DNA of 64,000 bases from Hyphomicrobiales bacterium (GTDB lineage Bacteria > Pseudomonadota > Alphaproteobacteria > Rhizobiales > CAJQND01): contig JANQOW010000053.1 in assembly GCA_028285595.1 (NCBI GenBank), positions 2,079 to 66,078 of the forward strand. Direction: 5' to 3'. The notes below the pieces were generated by a model. That model saw only the letters and a list, made by a program, of their open reading frames with translations. It was not told the DNA's origin and ran no database searches. Made by a program: the position numbers and the translations under genes. Each line of letters begins with the position of its first letter. Within the stretch, counting starts at the first letter, position 1. Below, piece by piece: positions 20,121-29,144 of this stretch.

Positions 20121-22700
20121 ATGAACCTGAAGCGCACACCGGTCAGCATCGACCAGAAGTTGGACGCAAAAATCTCCAGGGCCAGGCTTGTCCTGCTCTG
20201 GGAACACTTCTGGACGGCCTCCTTCCCCCTCGTCTGCGTAATTGGCGTGTTCGCTCTGGCCGCCGTCTCCGGCGCCCTGGAGCTGTTGCCGCGCGAAGTG
20301 CATTATGTCGCTCTCGGCGGCTTCCTGATCGCTGTTGGCGTTGCCTTACGCCCGCTGTTCTCATTGCGCATGCCGGATCGCGATGAAGCCCTGCGCCGCA
20401 TCGAGGCGGTCTCCGGCGTGCCGCACCAGCCGGCTACTTCCTATCGCGACACCATTGCCGGCGCCCCCAAAGACCCCGCCGCCCGAACTTTGTGGGCCGC
20501 GCACAAGGACCGCTTGGCGAAGCTCATTTCAGCGCTCAAATCCGGCTGGCCCAGATCGGCCCTCGCCGAAAAGGACCCCTTTGGCCTGCGCTATGGTCTG
20601 GTGATGGCCATTGGCGCCTTTTTCGTTTTGAATGGGGGCGACTGGTCCGACCGCGTTCAGCGCGCCGTGGTGCCGGCCAGCAAGGTCAACGTTGCCCTTT
20701 TTATGGATGCCTGGATTGCACCCCCCGCTTACACAGGTAAGGCACCTGTATTCTTGGCCCGCGGGTCTGCATCGCGCGATTCCATTGAAGATAAGGCCCC
20801 GGAAAACTTCAAGGTCGCTGCCAACAGCGAACTCGTGGTTCGCCTGAATGGCGCGTTTACCCCGGTTGCCCGGGTCGAGGCCAGCGGCAGCGGACAGCCA
20901 CCGGAAAACTCAGAGCATTCTTTCAAATCAACAAATCCGACCGCCACGCCGGATGAGACCAATCCGGGCGCCAGCGAATTGCGCCTCAGCTTGAACCGGC
21001 CACAAAATGTGTCGGTCATTGAAGACGGCAAAGTGATCGCGTCCTGGAACTTCACGCTGATCGCGGACAACAAACCCGAGGTCAAGATCTCCGGTCTGGG
21101 TCAAACAGCCGATGGCACTCTCCGTTTCGATTACGAAGCCTCCGACGATTACGGCGTGCGCGATATCACAACCACATTCAGCCTGTCATCGGAGGAGAAG
21201 GGCAAGAACAATCTGGCCATGAACCAGAAGCTCTTCCCGCCACCCAACTTCGCGGTGGATCTTCCCCGGGTGGACCCGAAAAAGACCGATGGCAAAGTGT
21301 TCCGCGACCTGAGCGCCCACCCCTGGGCCGGCATGAAGGTTGAGATGCGGGTCACGGCCAGGGATGCCGGCGGCCAGTCCAGCGACCATGAAGGCGCCCC
21401 GGAACTCATGACCCTGCCTGAGCGGGTGTTCACCGAACCTCTGGCGCGTGCAATCGTGGAGCAACGCAAGGCCCTGATCAGCAACACCGACGATGCTGCA
21501 CTGGTCTCCCGGGTTCTGGAAGGCTTCACCATCTACCCCAAAGACATGCTGACCCAGAGCGGAGTTTTCCTAGGCATTCGCCTCGCCAACCGTCTTCTGG
21601 TGCGGGCGGAGAAAGACGAACAGTTCCGCGATGTGGTGGATCTTCTCTGGGAAATCGCCCTGACCGTGGAAGACGGCAATCTGTCTGACGCAGAGCGCCA
21701 ACTGCGCAAACTGCGCCGGGAACTGGCCAAAGCTCTGTCCGAAAACGCGCCGCAGGAGCGCATTGCTGAGCTCATGAACAAAATGCGCGAAGCAATGGAC
21801 CGCTACATGCGCGAAATGGCCAAGCAGATGCAGCGCAACATGCGCGAAGGAAAGATGGAGCGGTTCCAGGGCCGCCCAGACCAAATGATCTCCAGCCGCG
21901 ATCTGCAAAAGATGATGGATCAGATCGAGAAGCTGGCGCGTTCCGGCAATCACGATGCCGCCCAGAAGCTCTTGTCGGAGCTGGAGCGCCTGATGGAGAA
22001 CATGCGCCCGGGCATGGCTCAACAGGCCCCGCAGCGCGACACTCCAACCTCCCGCGCCTTGCAGGATCTGGCTGATCTGATGCGCCGACAACAGGATCTG
22101 ATGGATCAGACCTTCCGCATGCAGGACGGCCAGCAACAACGTGGTCAGCAGCAACAGCAAGGCCGCAATGGCGAGCGCTATGAGGATCAGCAAGGCCAGT
22201 CCGGCCGCTCCCAGGGACTATCGCGCCAGCAAGGTGCGTTGGGGGACGTGTTGCGCGAGTTGATGGAGTCCTTACGCGATCGCGGCGTAAACCCACCTGG
22301 CTCCTTGGGCGAGGCTCAAGGCGAGATGCGCGGCGCAGAGGGTGCCTTGAAGGACGGTGACCGCAGCACGGCGCTCGGAAAACAGGGCGAAGCGTTGAGC
22401 AAGCTGCGCCAGGGCATGCAAAATATGGCCCAGGAAATGATGCGCCAGGGCACCGGCAATCAAGGCAATTACGGCCGCCATGAAGAAGGCCGTGAGGGCG
22501 GCGATGATTTCGACCCGCTGGGCCGGCCGGCTCCAACAACCGGCGAACAGCAGGGCCCCCGCAAAGACATGGTGCCGTCGGAAGCCGCCGTGGAGCGCGC
22601 CCGCGAAATTCTCCGTGCCTTGCGTGACCGCTATTCGGACCCGCAACGTCCGAAGATTGAGCTGGATTATCTGGAGCGCTTGCTGCGCAACATTTACTGA
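20121..22700 (+). CDS. TIGR02302/DUF4175 family membrane protein (alphaproteobacterial low-complexity protein)
   Basis: 859 aa. N-terminal TM helices are followed by a long soluble part ending in a Gln/Arg/Met-rich low-complexity coiled region (QDGQQQRGQQQQQGRNG). The position after lysA is typical in Alphaproteobacteria. Confidence 0.7.
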   Translation: MNLKRTPVSIDQKLDAKISRARLVLLWEHFWTASFPLVCVIGVFALAAVSGALELLPREVHYVALGGFLIAVGVALRPLFSLRMPDRDEALRRIEAVSGVPHQPATSYRDTIAGAPKDPAARTLWAAHKDRLAKLISALKSGWPRSALAEKDPFGLRYGLVMAIGAFFVLNGGDWSDRVQRAVVPASKVNVALFMDAWIAPPAYTGKAPVFLARGSASRDSIEDKAPENFKVAANSELVVRLNGAFTPVARVEASGSGQPPENSEHSFKSTNPTATPDETNPGASELRLSLNRPQNVSVIEDGKVIASWNFTLIADNKPEVKISGLGQTADGTLRFDYEASDDYGVRDITTTFSLSSEEKGKNNLAMNQKLFPPPNFAVDLPRVDPKKTDGKVFRDLSAHPWAGMKVEMRVTARDAGGQSSDHEGAPELMTLPERVFTEPLARAIVEQRKALISNTDDAALVSRVLEGFTIYPKDMLTQSGVFLGIRLANRLLVRAEKDEQFRDVVDLLWEIALTVEDGNLSDAERQLRKLRRELAKALSENAPQERIAELMNKMREAMDRYMREMAKQMQRNMREGKMERFQGRPDQMISSRDLQKMMDQIEKLARSGNHDAAQKLLSELERLMENMRPGMAQQAPQRDTPTSRALQDLADLMRRQQDLMDQTFRMQDGQQQRGQQQQQGRNGERYEDQQGQSGRSQGLSRQQGALGDVLRELMESLRDRGVNPPGSLGEAQGEMRGAEGALKDGDRSTALGKQGEALSKLRQGMQNMAQEMMRQGTGNQGNYGRHEEGREGGDDFDPLGRPAPTTGEQQGPRKDMVPSEAAVERAREILRALRDRYSDPQRPKIELDYLERLLRNIY

Positions 22701-22796
22701 GCCGCGCCATCCATATCTGTGCCCCCATGGCCAGCCGGATTGGTCATCTTCGCGGCACTCTCCTCTTGCCCACACTCAATGATAAACTCCACCGCC

Positions 22797-24236
22797 ATGT
22801 CCAAGGTCCTCATCGTCGTTTTTGATGCCCTCCGCCCGGAGTTTGTGCGCCCGGACCTCATGCCCAACCTGTGCGCGCTTTCAGAGCGCGGCACGCGTTT
22901 TGTGAACAGCCGCTCCACTTACCCCACCGAAACCCGTGTGAACCAAACGGCCGTGCTCACCGGTTGCATGCCGCGCAAGCATGGCATCGTGGGCAACCGC
23001 TTCCCCGAGCCGGAAATCGCGCCAGGCGAAGTCGTCAACACCGGCGCGGACGCCGAGATCGCAAAAGCATTCGCGCAAGCCCCAGGCGGCCTCATCCAGA
23101 TGCCAACGATGGGCGAACGCCTGGCTGCCGCAGACCGCACCTTTGCATCTCTCAGCGCAGGCACTCCGGGAGGGGGACGCCTGATCAACCATCGAGCCGA
23201 AGGCCATGGCACTTTCCGCCTGGCCATGCGCTGTCCTGAGGCAGCCAGGCCGGACAACGCGCTTGAAGAGATCATCAGGCGCATTGGCCCCATGCCGGAC
23301 TATATCTTGCCGGCAACAGATTGGATCACATGGGCAGTGGACGCCTATCTGGACTATGTGGCGCGCGATATCGATCCCGACGTGATGTTGCTCTGGCTGT
23401 GTGAGCCAGATGAAAGCTTCCACTTCCTGGGGATCGGGCACGAGGGGTCATGGGCAACGATCCGAACCGCCGACACCCAGTTCGGACGCATATTGGAGAC
23501 CCACGATAAGGCTCTGAAGGCCGGTGAGGTGCATATCATCGCCCTGTCGGACCACGGCCAGATATCCCTCGCAGAAGAGCCCCTGGATCTGCCGGCCCGC
23601 TTGACCGAGGCAGGGTTCGCGACAGCCAGAACTCCCGGCCCAGAGACAGATTTCACGGTGGTCGTAGGAAATGCGGGCGGCATATGGGCCAGCCCGGCTG
23701 CAAAACCCAAGGTGCCGGATTTGGTGGAGTGGCTCATGAGCCAGGACTGGTGCGGCCCGCTGTTCACAGCCGAAGGGGCGGGCGGGACACTGACCAACGC
23801 GGAGATTTGCTGCGACCACAAAAGAGCCCCCGATATCAGCCTGATCCTGCGCAGCGACGATGCTCCCAACGCCTGGCAGATTGCCGGCACCACCCGCCAT
23901 GATGCCCCCTATCCTGTGGGCGGCGGTTGCCATGGCGGTCTGAGCGCCCACGAGTTGCAGAATGTGCTGGTGCTCGCCGGGGCGCAGATTTCGGCCGGAG
24001 CACAGGCCGCAGCGCCGGCAGGCAACATAGATGTGCTCCCAACGGTTCTGCATCTGTTGGGTCTGCCCGCGGCCGATGGTCTGGATGGCAGGATCCTCGC
24101 CGAGGCGCTGATCGGCGATCACCCCGAACCTCCAAAGACCAGCAAGCACACCCTGTTGGCACCCAACGGTCAAACCCACCTGTCGGTCACCGACTACGGC
24201 CCTCAGCGCTATCTCAACAAGGCATGGGCGCCTTAG
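22797..24236 (+). CDS. Nucleotide pyrophosphatase/phosphodiesterase family protein (alkaline phosphatase superfamily)
   Basis: N-terminus VLIVVFDALRPEF and nucleophile region YPTETRVNQTAVLTGCMPRKHGIVGN. The start is ambiguous (ATG 22779 or 22797); ORF-track start 22719 is unlikely. Confidence 0.7.
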   Translation: MSKVLIVVFDALRPEFVRPDLMPNLCALSERGTRFVNSRSTYPTETRVNQTAVLTGCMPRKHGIVGNRFPEPEIAPGEVVNTGADAEIAKAFAQAPGGLIQMPTMGERLAAADRTFASLSAGTPGGGRLINHRAEGHGTFRLAMRCPEAARPDNALEEIIRRIGPMPDYILPATDWITWAVDAYLDYVARDIDPDVMLLWLCEPDESFHFLGIGHEGSWATIRTADTQFGRILETHDKALKAGEVHIIALSDHGQISLAEEPLDLPARLTEAGFATARTPGPETDFTVVVGNAGGIWASPAAKPKVPDLVEWLMSQDWCGPLFTAEGAGGTLTNAEICCDHKRAPDISLILRSDDAPNAWQIAGTTRHDAPYPVGGGCHGGLSAHELQNVLVLAGAQISAGAQAAAPAGNIDVLPTVLHLLGLPAADGLDGRILAEALIGDHPEPPKTSKHTLLAPNGQTHLSVTDYGPQRYLNKAWAP

Positions 24237-24307
24237 CAGAATTCAGGTGCGTGGGCACCGTTTTCCCCCTAACGTCAGTGCTGCATTGAGGGTATGGACT
24301 CGGCCTA

Positions 24308-25471
24308 ATGACTGACGCGTTGGACAACACCATCACAATTCTTGAACGCCTGGTGAGCTTTGACAGTATCTCCGGTAAGCCGACCCACGGCATCGTTGGC
24401 TACATTCAGGACTATCTCTCAAGCCAGGGCGTTGAAAGCACACTGAGCTACGATGACGCCGGAGAGCGCGCCAACGTGTTCGCCACAATCGGCCCTGAAA
24501 CCGACGGCGGTGTTGTGTTGAACGGCCACACGGATGTGGTCCCCGTGGCGGGGCAGAACTGGAATTCAGACCCCTTCAAACTCACCCGCGACGGCACGAG
24601 GCTGCACGGTCGCGGTTCGGTGGATATGAAAGGGTTTTTGGCCTGTGTCCTGGGCGCCGTGCCCACCTTTCAGGCGGCAGGCCTGAACAAGCCGATCCAT
24701 ATGGCCTTCTCCTATGATGAGGAAACCGGTGGCTATGGAATGCCCGTTCTCCTGGAGCACATGGCCGGCAAGGCCTTCCGTCCGGCGGTGGTCATTGTGG
24801 GTGAACCTACGGAGATGAAGATCATTACCGGCCACAAGGGCGGCTATGAGATGCGCACCGAGATCACCGGCTTTGAGGTGCATTCATGCGATCCCTCTAA
24901 GGGGGTGAATGCCATCTCCGCGGCCATGAAGCTGATCTCGAAGATAGAGGAGATCGGCGCACGCTTCGCGGCAAACCCCTATCCCGGCTCACCCTACGAC
25001 CCACCCCACACCACCTTGAACGTAGGCATTATTGAAGGCGGCGCGGCCCGCAATGCCACGGCTGGATGGTGCAATTTCGATTGGGAGTTCCGCCCGATGC
25101 CCGGCGAAAACGGCGATGAAGTGGTGGACGAGTTGAAAGCTTACGCGGAAACAGAATTGCTGCCCCCCATGAAAGCGGTGAACGGGGCCGCTGCGATCAA
25201 CATCATCACCGAAAGCCCCGTCCCACCGCTCAACGACGCCAATGCGGCAGAAGCGGCTGCCTTTGTCAGCGAGGTCACGGGGCTCAACAGCCAGGGTGTT
25301 GTCTCCTTTGGCACCGATGCGGGCTATTTCAGCGGCGCCGGTTTCTCTACCGTGGTGTTTGGCCCCGGCAGCATCACGCGCGCGCATCAACCCAATGAGT
25401 ACATAGAGACGGGCGAGCTGGCTCAAGGTCTCGATTTCATGACAAAGATCGCACAGCGCCTCTCCCGGTGA
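24308..25471 (+). CDS. M20 family deacylase (acetylornithine deacetylase ArgE-like)
   Basis: Motifs LNGHTDVVP, HGRGSVDMKG, SYDEETGG and a C-terminal HQPNEY are typical of the ArgE/DapE M20 family. The substrate is not inferable. Confidence 0.8.
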   Translation: MTDALDNTITILERLVSFDSISGKPTHGIVGYIQDYLSSQGVESTLSYDDAGERANVFATIGPETDGGVVLNGHTDVVPVAGQNWNSDPFKLTRDGTRLHGRGSVDMKGFLACVLGAVPTFQAAGLNKPIHMAFSYDEETGGYGMPVLLEHMAGKAFRPAVVIVGEPTEMKIITGHKGGYEMRTEITGFEVHSCDPSKGVNAISAAMKLISKIEEIGARFAANPYPGSPYDPPHTTLNVGIIEGGAARNATAGWCNFDWEFRPMPGENGDEVVDELKAYAETELLPPMKAVNGAAAINIITESPVPPLNDANAAEAAAFVSEVTGLNSQGVVSFGTDAGYFSGAGFSTVVFGPGSITRAHQPNEYIETGELAQGLDFMTKIAQRLSR

Positions 25472-25492
25472 GACGGCAAAGGAGCTTGCAGC

Positions 25493-26671
25493 ATGGCCTT
25501 TCAAAAAGCCTTCTCTCCAGCGGAATTCCAACGCCGGGTCACAGACGTGAAACGGCGCATGGACGAGAGTGGATTTGACCTTTTGATCTGCCAGGATCCG
25601 GCCAATATGGGCTGGCTCACCGGTTTTGACGGCTGGTCGTTCTACACTCCGCAAGCGGTCGTAGTGCACGCCGAAGAAGCCTGGCCCATCTGGTTCGGCC
25701 GCGCTCAGGATGCCAAGTCAGCCCACATCACCACCGATCTTCCCGCCCCCAACATTATCGGTTTCTCCGAACCCCTAGTGCACCACGCCACGGAGCACCC
25801 GTTTGACGAGTTGTGTGCCCTCATCATTGACCGCGGATGGGGAAACGCCCGCATCGGGGTGGACTTTGATGCGCATTACTACACCGCCAGAGCCCACCAG
25901 CACCTGGTGACCGGCCTACCCAACGCCAAGATCTCAGACAATCGCGAGCTGGTGAACTGGGCGCGCCTGGTGAAATCGCCGGCCGAACTCGCCTATATGC
26001 GCGAAGCCGGGCGCATCATCACCGACACCATGAACAATGCCCTAGCCAAACTGGCTCCGGGCGTGCGCCAGTACGAGGTGATCGCCGACGTCTATCATGA
26101 CCAGATTACCGGTTTTGAGGGCAAGTTCGGCGACTATACCAGCCTCTGCCCTCTCATTCAGGTGCGCGAAGGCACCAGCACACCTCACCTCACCTGGACC
26201 GACGAGCCCTTGCCCGACAGCGGCCTTGTGGTCATGGAACTGGGCGCCGCCCGGCGTCACTATCATGCCCCCCTCACCCGCACCGCGCATATCGGCAAGC
26301 CTCCGGACCAGATGGTGAAACTCACCGACGTGATCATCGAGGGCGGTGACCGGGCGCTCGAAGCAGCCAAACCCGGCGCCACGTGCGAAGAGGTGGAGGC
26401 TCTCTGGCAGTCGATATTGAACCGCAACGGCTTTGAGAAGCCCAGCCGCGTGGGCTATTCCATCGGCCTCAACTATCCCCCTGACTGGGGCGAGCGGACG
26501 GCAAGTTTGAGGGCCGGTGACAAGACGGTGCTTGAAGCAGGCATGTGCTTTCACTTCCAGTCAGGGGTGTGGCTGGATGATTTTGGAGCGGCCATTTCCG
26601 AGCCCTTCATCGTCACCGAGCAGGGCGGAGAACGGATCTCTGACGTGGTGCGGGAACTGGTTGTTCTCTAG
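25493..26671 (+). CDS. M24 family hydrolase (creatinase/Xaa-Pro peptidase fold; ectoine hydrolase DoeA-like)
   Basis: 392 aa with a creatinase-type N-domain plus pita-bread domain. The N-terminal segment DPANMGWLTGFDGWSFY resembles DoeA-type proteins as I recall them. SD AAAGGAG lies upstream. Confidence 0.75.
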   Translation: MAFQKAFSPAEFQRRVTDVKRRMDESGFDLLICQDPANMGWLTGFDGWSFYTPQAVVVHAEEAWPIWFGRAQDAKSAHITTDLPAPNIIGFSEPLVHHATEHPFDELCALIIDRGWGNARIGVDFDAHYYTARAHQHLVTGLPNAKISDNRELVNWARLVKSPAELAYMREAGRIITDTMNNALAKLAPGVRQYEVIADVYHDQITGFEGKFGDYTSLCPLIQVREGTSTPHLTWTDEPLPDSGLVVMELGAARRHYHAPLTRTAHIGKPPDQMVKLTDVIIEGGDRALEAAKPGATCEEVEALWQSILNRNGFEKPSRVGYSIGLNYPPDWGERTASLRAGDKTVLEAGMCFHFQSGVWLDDFGAAISEPFIVTEQGGERISDVVRELVVL

Positions 26672-26677
26672 GCCACC

Positions 26678-27892
26678 CTAGGCCACCGCGCGGGCGAGAG
26701 CACACTGCGACCACAGCTCGCTCAGAGCGTTCACCAAAGCATCAATGTCTTCGTCAGTATGCATGGGCGAAGGCGTAATGCGCAGCCGCTCGGTGCCCTT
26801 GGGCACGGTCGGATAGTTGATGGGCTGCACGTAGATCCCGGCATTTTCCAAGAGCCAGTCGGTGATCCACTTACACTTCACCGGATCGCCCACGATCACC
26901 GGAACAATGTGGCTCTCGTTGGCCATATAGGGAATGGCTTGCTCATCCAGGCGCCGGCGCAAGATGGCCACACGCTCACGCTGAGCCAGACGCTCGGTGT
27001 TTGAGGTTTTCAGATGGCGGATCGACGCCAATGCGCCCGCAGCCACAGAGGGCGGCAGCGCGGTGGTGAAAATGAAACCTGATGCAAACGAACGCACAAA
27101 ATCGCAGATGGTCTTGGACGCGGCAATGTAGCCCCCCATCACGCCGAACGCCTTGCCAAGCGTGCCTTCGATCACATCAAGGCGGTGCATCAAGCCTTCG
27201 CGTTCCGCAATCCCGCCGCCGCGCGGTCCGTAGAGGCCAACCGCATGCACTTCATCGAGATAGGTCATGGCTCCATGGGCTTCAGCCACATCGCAGAACT
27301 CGGCTATCGGCCCAATATCCCCATCCATGGAGTAGACGCTTTCAAAGGCGACGATTTTCGGGCGTTCAGGAGCGATTTCAGCAAGTTTGCGGTTCAGATC
27401 CTCAGGGTCGTTGTGCTTGAACACATGCTTTTCCGCACGCGAATGGCGGATGCCCTCAATCATCGAGGCATGGTTGCCTGCATCAGAGAGCACAACGCAA
27501 CCGGGCAGCCGCGAGGCGAGCGTTCCCAGGGAGGCCCAGTTGGATACGTAGCCTGAAGTGAATATCAGGGCGGCTTCCTTACCATGCAGGTCAGCCAATT
27601 CGGCCTCCAGCTCCACGTGGTAATGGTTGGTGCCGGAGATGTTACGGGTCCCACCCGCACCAGCACCGCAGCGCTCAATAGCCGTCTTCATGGCGCCGAT
27701 AACGTCCGGGTGTTGTCCCATGCCCAGATAGTCGTTGGAGCACCACACGGTCACTTCACAGGTGCCGCCGCCATCGTGTCGGGTGGCACGCGGAAAACTG
27801 CCGCGCACCCGCTCAAGATCAGCAAAAACCCTATAGTTTCCGTCATCCCGCAACTGATTCAGTTGGGCGGACATCTCTTTATCGTAGTTCAT
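26678..27892 (-). CDS. hemA: 5-aminolevulinate synthase
   Basis: 404 aa with the N-terminus ...[15 protein letters not shown] and the PLP-lysine motif GTLGKAFG, of the alpha-oxoamine synthase family. Confidence 0.95.
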   Translation of the reverse strand: MNYDKEMSAQLNQLRDDGNYRVFADLERVRGSFPRATRHDGGGTCEVTVWCSNDYLGMGQHPDVIGAMKTAIERCGAGAGGTRNISGTNHYHVELEAELADLHGKEAALIFTSGYVSNWASLGTLASRLPGCVVLSDAGNHASMIEGIRHSRAEKHVFKHNDPEDLNRKLAEIAPERPKIVAFESVYSMDGDIGPIAEFCDVAEAHGAMTYLDEVHAVGLYGPRGGGIAEREGLMHRLDVIEGTLGKAFGVMGGYIAASKTICDFVRSFASGFIFTTALPPSVAAGALASIRHLKTSNTERLAQRERVAILRRRLDEQAIPYMANESHIVPVIVGDPVKCKWITDWLLENAGIYVQPINYPTVPKGTERLRITPSPMHTDEDIDALVNALSELWSQCALARAVA

Positions 27893-28129
27893 CTTATCGT
27901 CACCATCGACGCCATCTTACACCTACCGGTTTACACCGAATATGACTTACGTCACACGGCCTGCCAATGGGACAAATTGTTATCCTGCTCGGTGCGTTAA
28001 GCAGAGCGGCACCGGCAATGGACAGCAACCGTACGTCAGAATGGCGGAGCACCTTGATTCTTGCCGGTCGTCTGTGCAAGCTTAAGACACAAGCTGCCGG
28101 TCGAGCAGAAAAAGCGGAGGAGGAACCCC

Positions 28130-29077
28130 ATGAAAAGATTTCTATCCATTGTTGGTGCTTGCGCACTCGGACTAGCCTTAAGCCATGCCGCATCAGCCCA
28201 GGACAACTGGTATCCTTCCAAGTTTGGCAAGGATGATCAGGCCGGGCGTTCGAATCTGATGACGCCGGACCGCACGAAAGCGGCCATGCAGTACATCAAG
28301 GAAGGCAAGGTCCTCTCGCTTGCCCGCACCTATTCTGCCAAGATGCCATTGTTCGGGCATCGGGTTTTTGCGGTGCGCGGAACGGGTGGGCTAGCCGGCG
28401 GACCGTTGGGCGACAACCAGGTCACGTGGATGGATGACACTCTGACTGCGGAAATCGGCCAGGTCGGCACGCAGTTTGATGGCCTTGGCCACATCGGCAT
28501 CGGCAACAAGTTCTACAACGGTATCGCTGCGTCGGACGTGTTCGGCACCACCGGCATGAAGAAGCTTGGCATGGAACACATCAAGCCGTTCTTCACCAAG
28601 GGTATCCTGATCGATATGGTCTTGTACAAAGGCGCGCCAATGGATGGCGGCCAGGAAATCCGCGTCGAGGACATTGAAGGCGCACTGAAAAAGCAGGGCA
28701 TGAGTGCAGACTCAATCGGCGAAGGCGATGTGGTCATGTTCCACACCGGCTGGGTGCGCCACTGGATCAAGGACAACGCGACCTACAACGGTGCTGTGCC
28801 GGGCGTCGGTATCCAAGCTGGACGCTGGCTTGCAGAGAAAGGTGTCGCGGTCGTAGGGTCAGATACGTGGCCGGTCGAAGTGGTTCCCAATCCGAACCCC
28901 AAGCAGGTCTTCCCTGTGCACCAGATCTTCATTACCCAAAACGGCATGTTCATTCATGAGAACGCGGCGACGGAGCGTCTCGCCGAAGCCAAGGTTTATG
29001 AGTTCGCCTACATCTTCAACCCGTTGGCGGTGGAAGGTGGTACCGGTTCTCCGGGCAACGCTCTGGCGGCCTACTGA
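28130..29077 (+). CDS. Secreted cyclase family protein (kynurenine formamidase-like fold)
   Basis: Signal peptide MKRFLSIVGACALGLALSHAASA after SD GGAGGAGG. The motifs GTQFDGLGH and GSDTW are typical of the putative cyclase family PF04199. ORF-track start 28061 is rejected. Confidence 0.7.
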   Translation: MKRFLSIVGACALGLALSHAASAQDNWYPSKFGKDDQAGRSNLMTPDRTKAAMQYIKEGKVLSLARTYSAKMPLFGHRVFAVRGTGGLAGGPLGDNQVTWMDDTLTAEIGQVGTQFDGLGHIGIGNKFYNGIAASDVFGTTGMKKLGMEHIKPFFTKGILIDMVLYKGAPMDGGQEIRVEDIEGALKKQGMSADSIGEGDVVMFHTGWVRHWIKDNATYNGAVPGVGIQAGRWLAEKGVAVVGSDTWPVEVVPNPNPKQVFPVHQIFITQNGMFIHENAATERLAEAKVYEFAYIFNPLAVEGGTGSPGNALAAY

Positions 29078-29094
29078 CACCGATCATAACACTT

Positions 29095-29124
29095 GTTCCG
29101 TCCGGCTTTCCGGCCGGGCGGAAC
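29095..29124. terminator. GC-rich hairpin between convergent genes
   Basis: GTTCCGTCCGGC / GCCGGGCGGAAC inverted repeat (one G-U pair). There is no clear T-tract on either side. Confidence 0.35.
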
Positions 29125-29144
29125 CCAGTTGCTCCCCGCGGCTA

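Noticed and set aside
21570-22775. Several long antisense ORFs (207, 318 and 167 aa) opposite the 3' third of the TIGR02302 gene
   Set aside because: They are artefacts of the repetitive, GC- and CAG/CGC-rich low-complexity coding region. They overlap one another, and their translations are low-complexity.
27893-28129. Possible regulatory dyads (TTGATTCTTGCC; GTCTGTGCAAGCTTAAGACAC) between hemA and the cyclase gene, considered as FNR/FixK or Irr sites
   Set aside because: There is no TTGA-N6-TCAA or ICE-box (TTTAGAA-N3-TTCTAAA) match. The palindromes are short and built from restriction-site-like cores, which is insufficient evidence.
28248-28256. tRNA T-loop-like GTTCGAATC
   Set aside because: It lies inside the cyclase-family CDS (codons for GRSNL). 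The flanks cannot form a T-stem or the rest of a cloverleaf.
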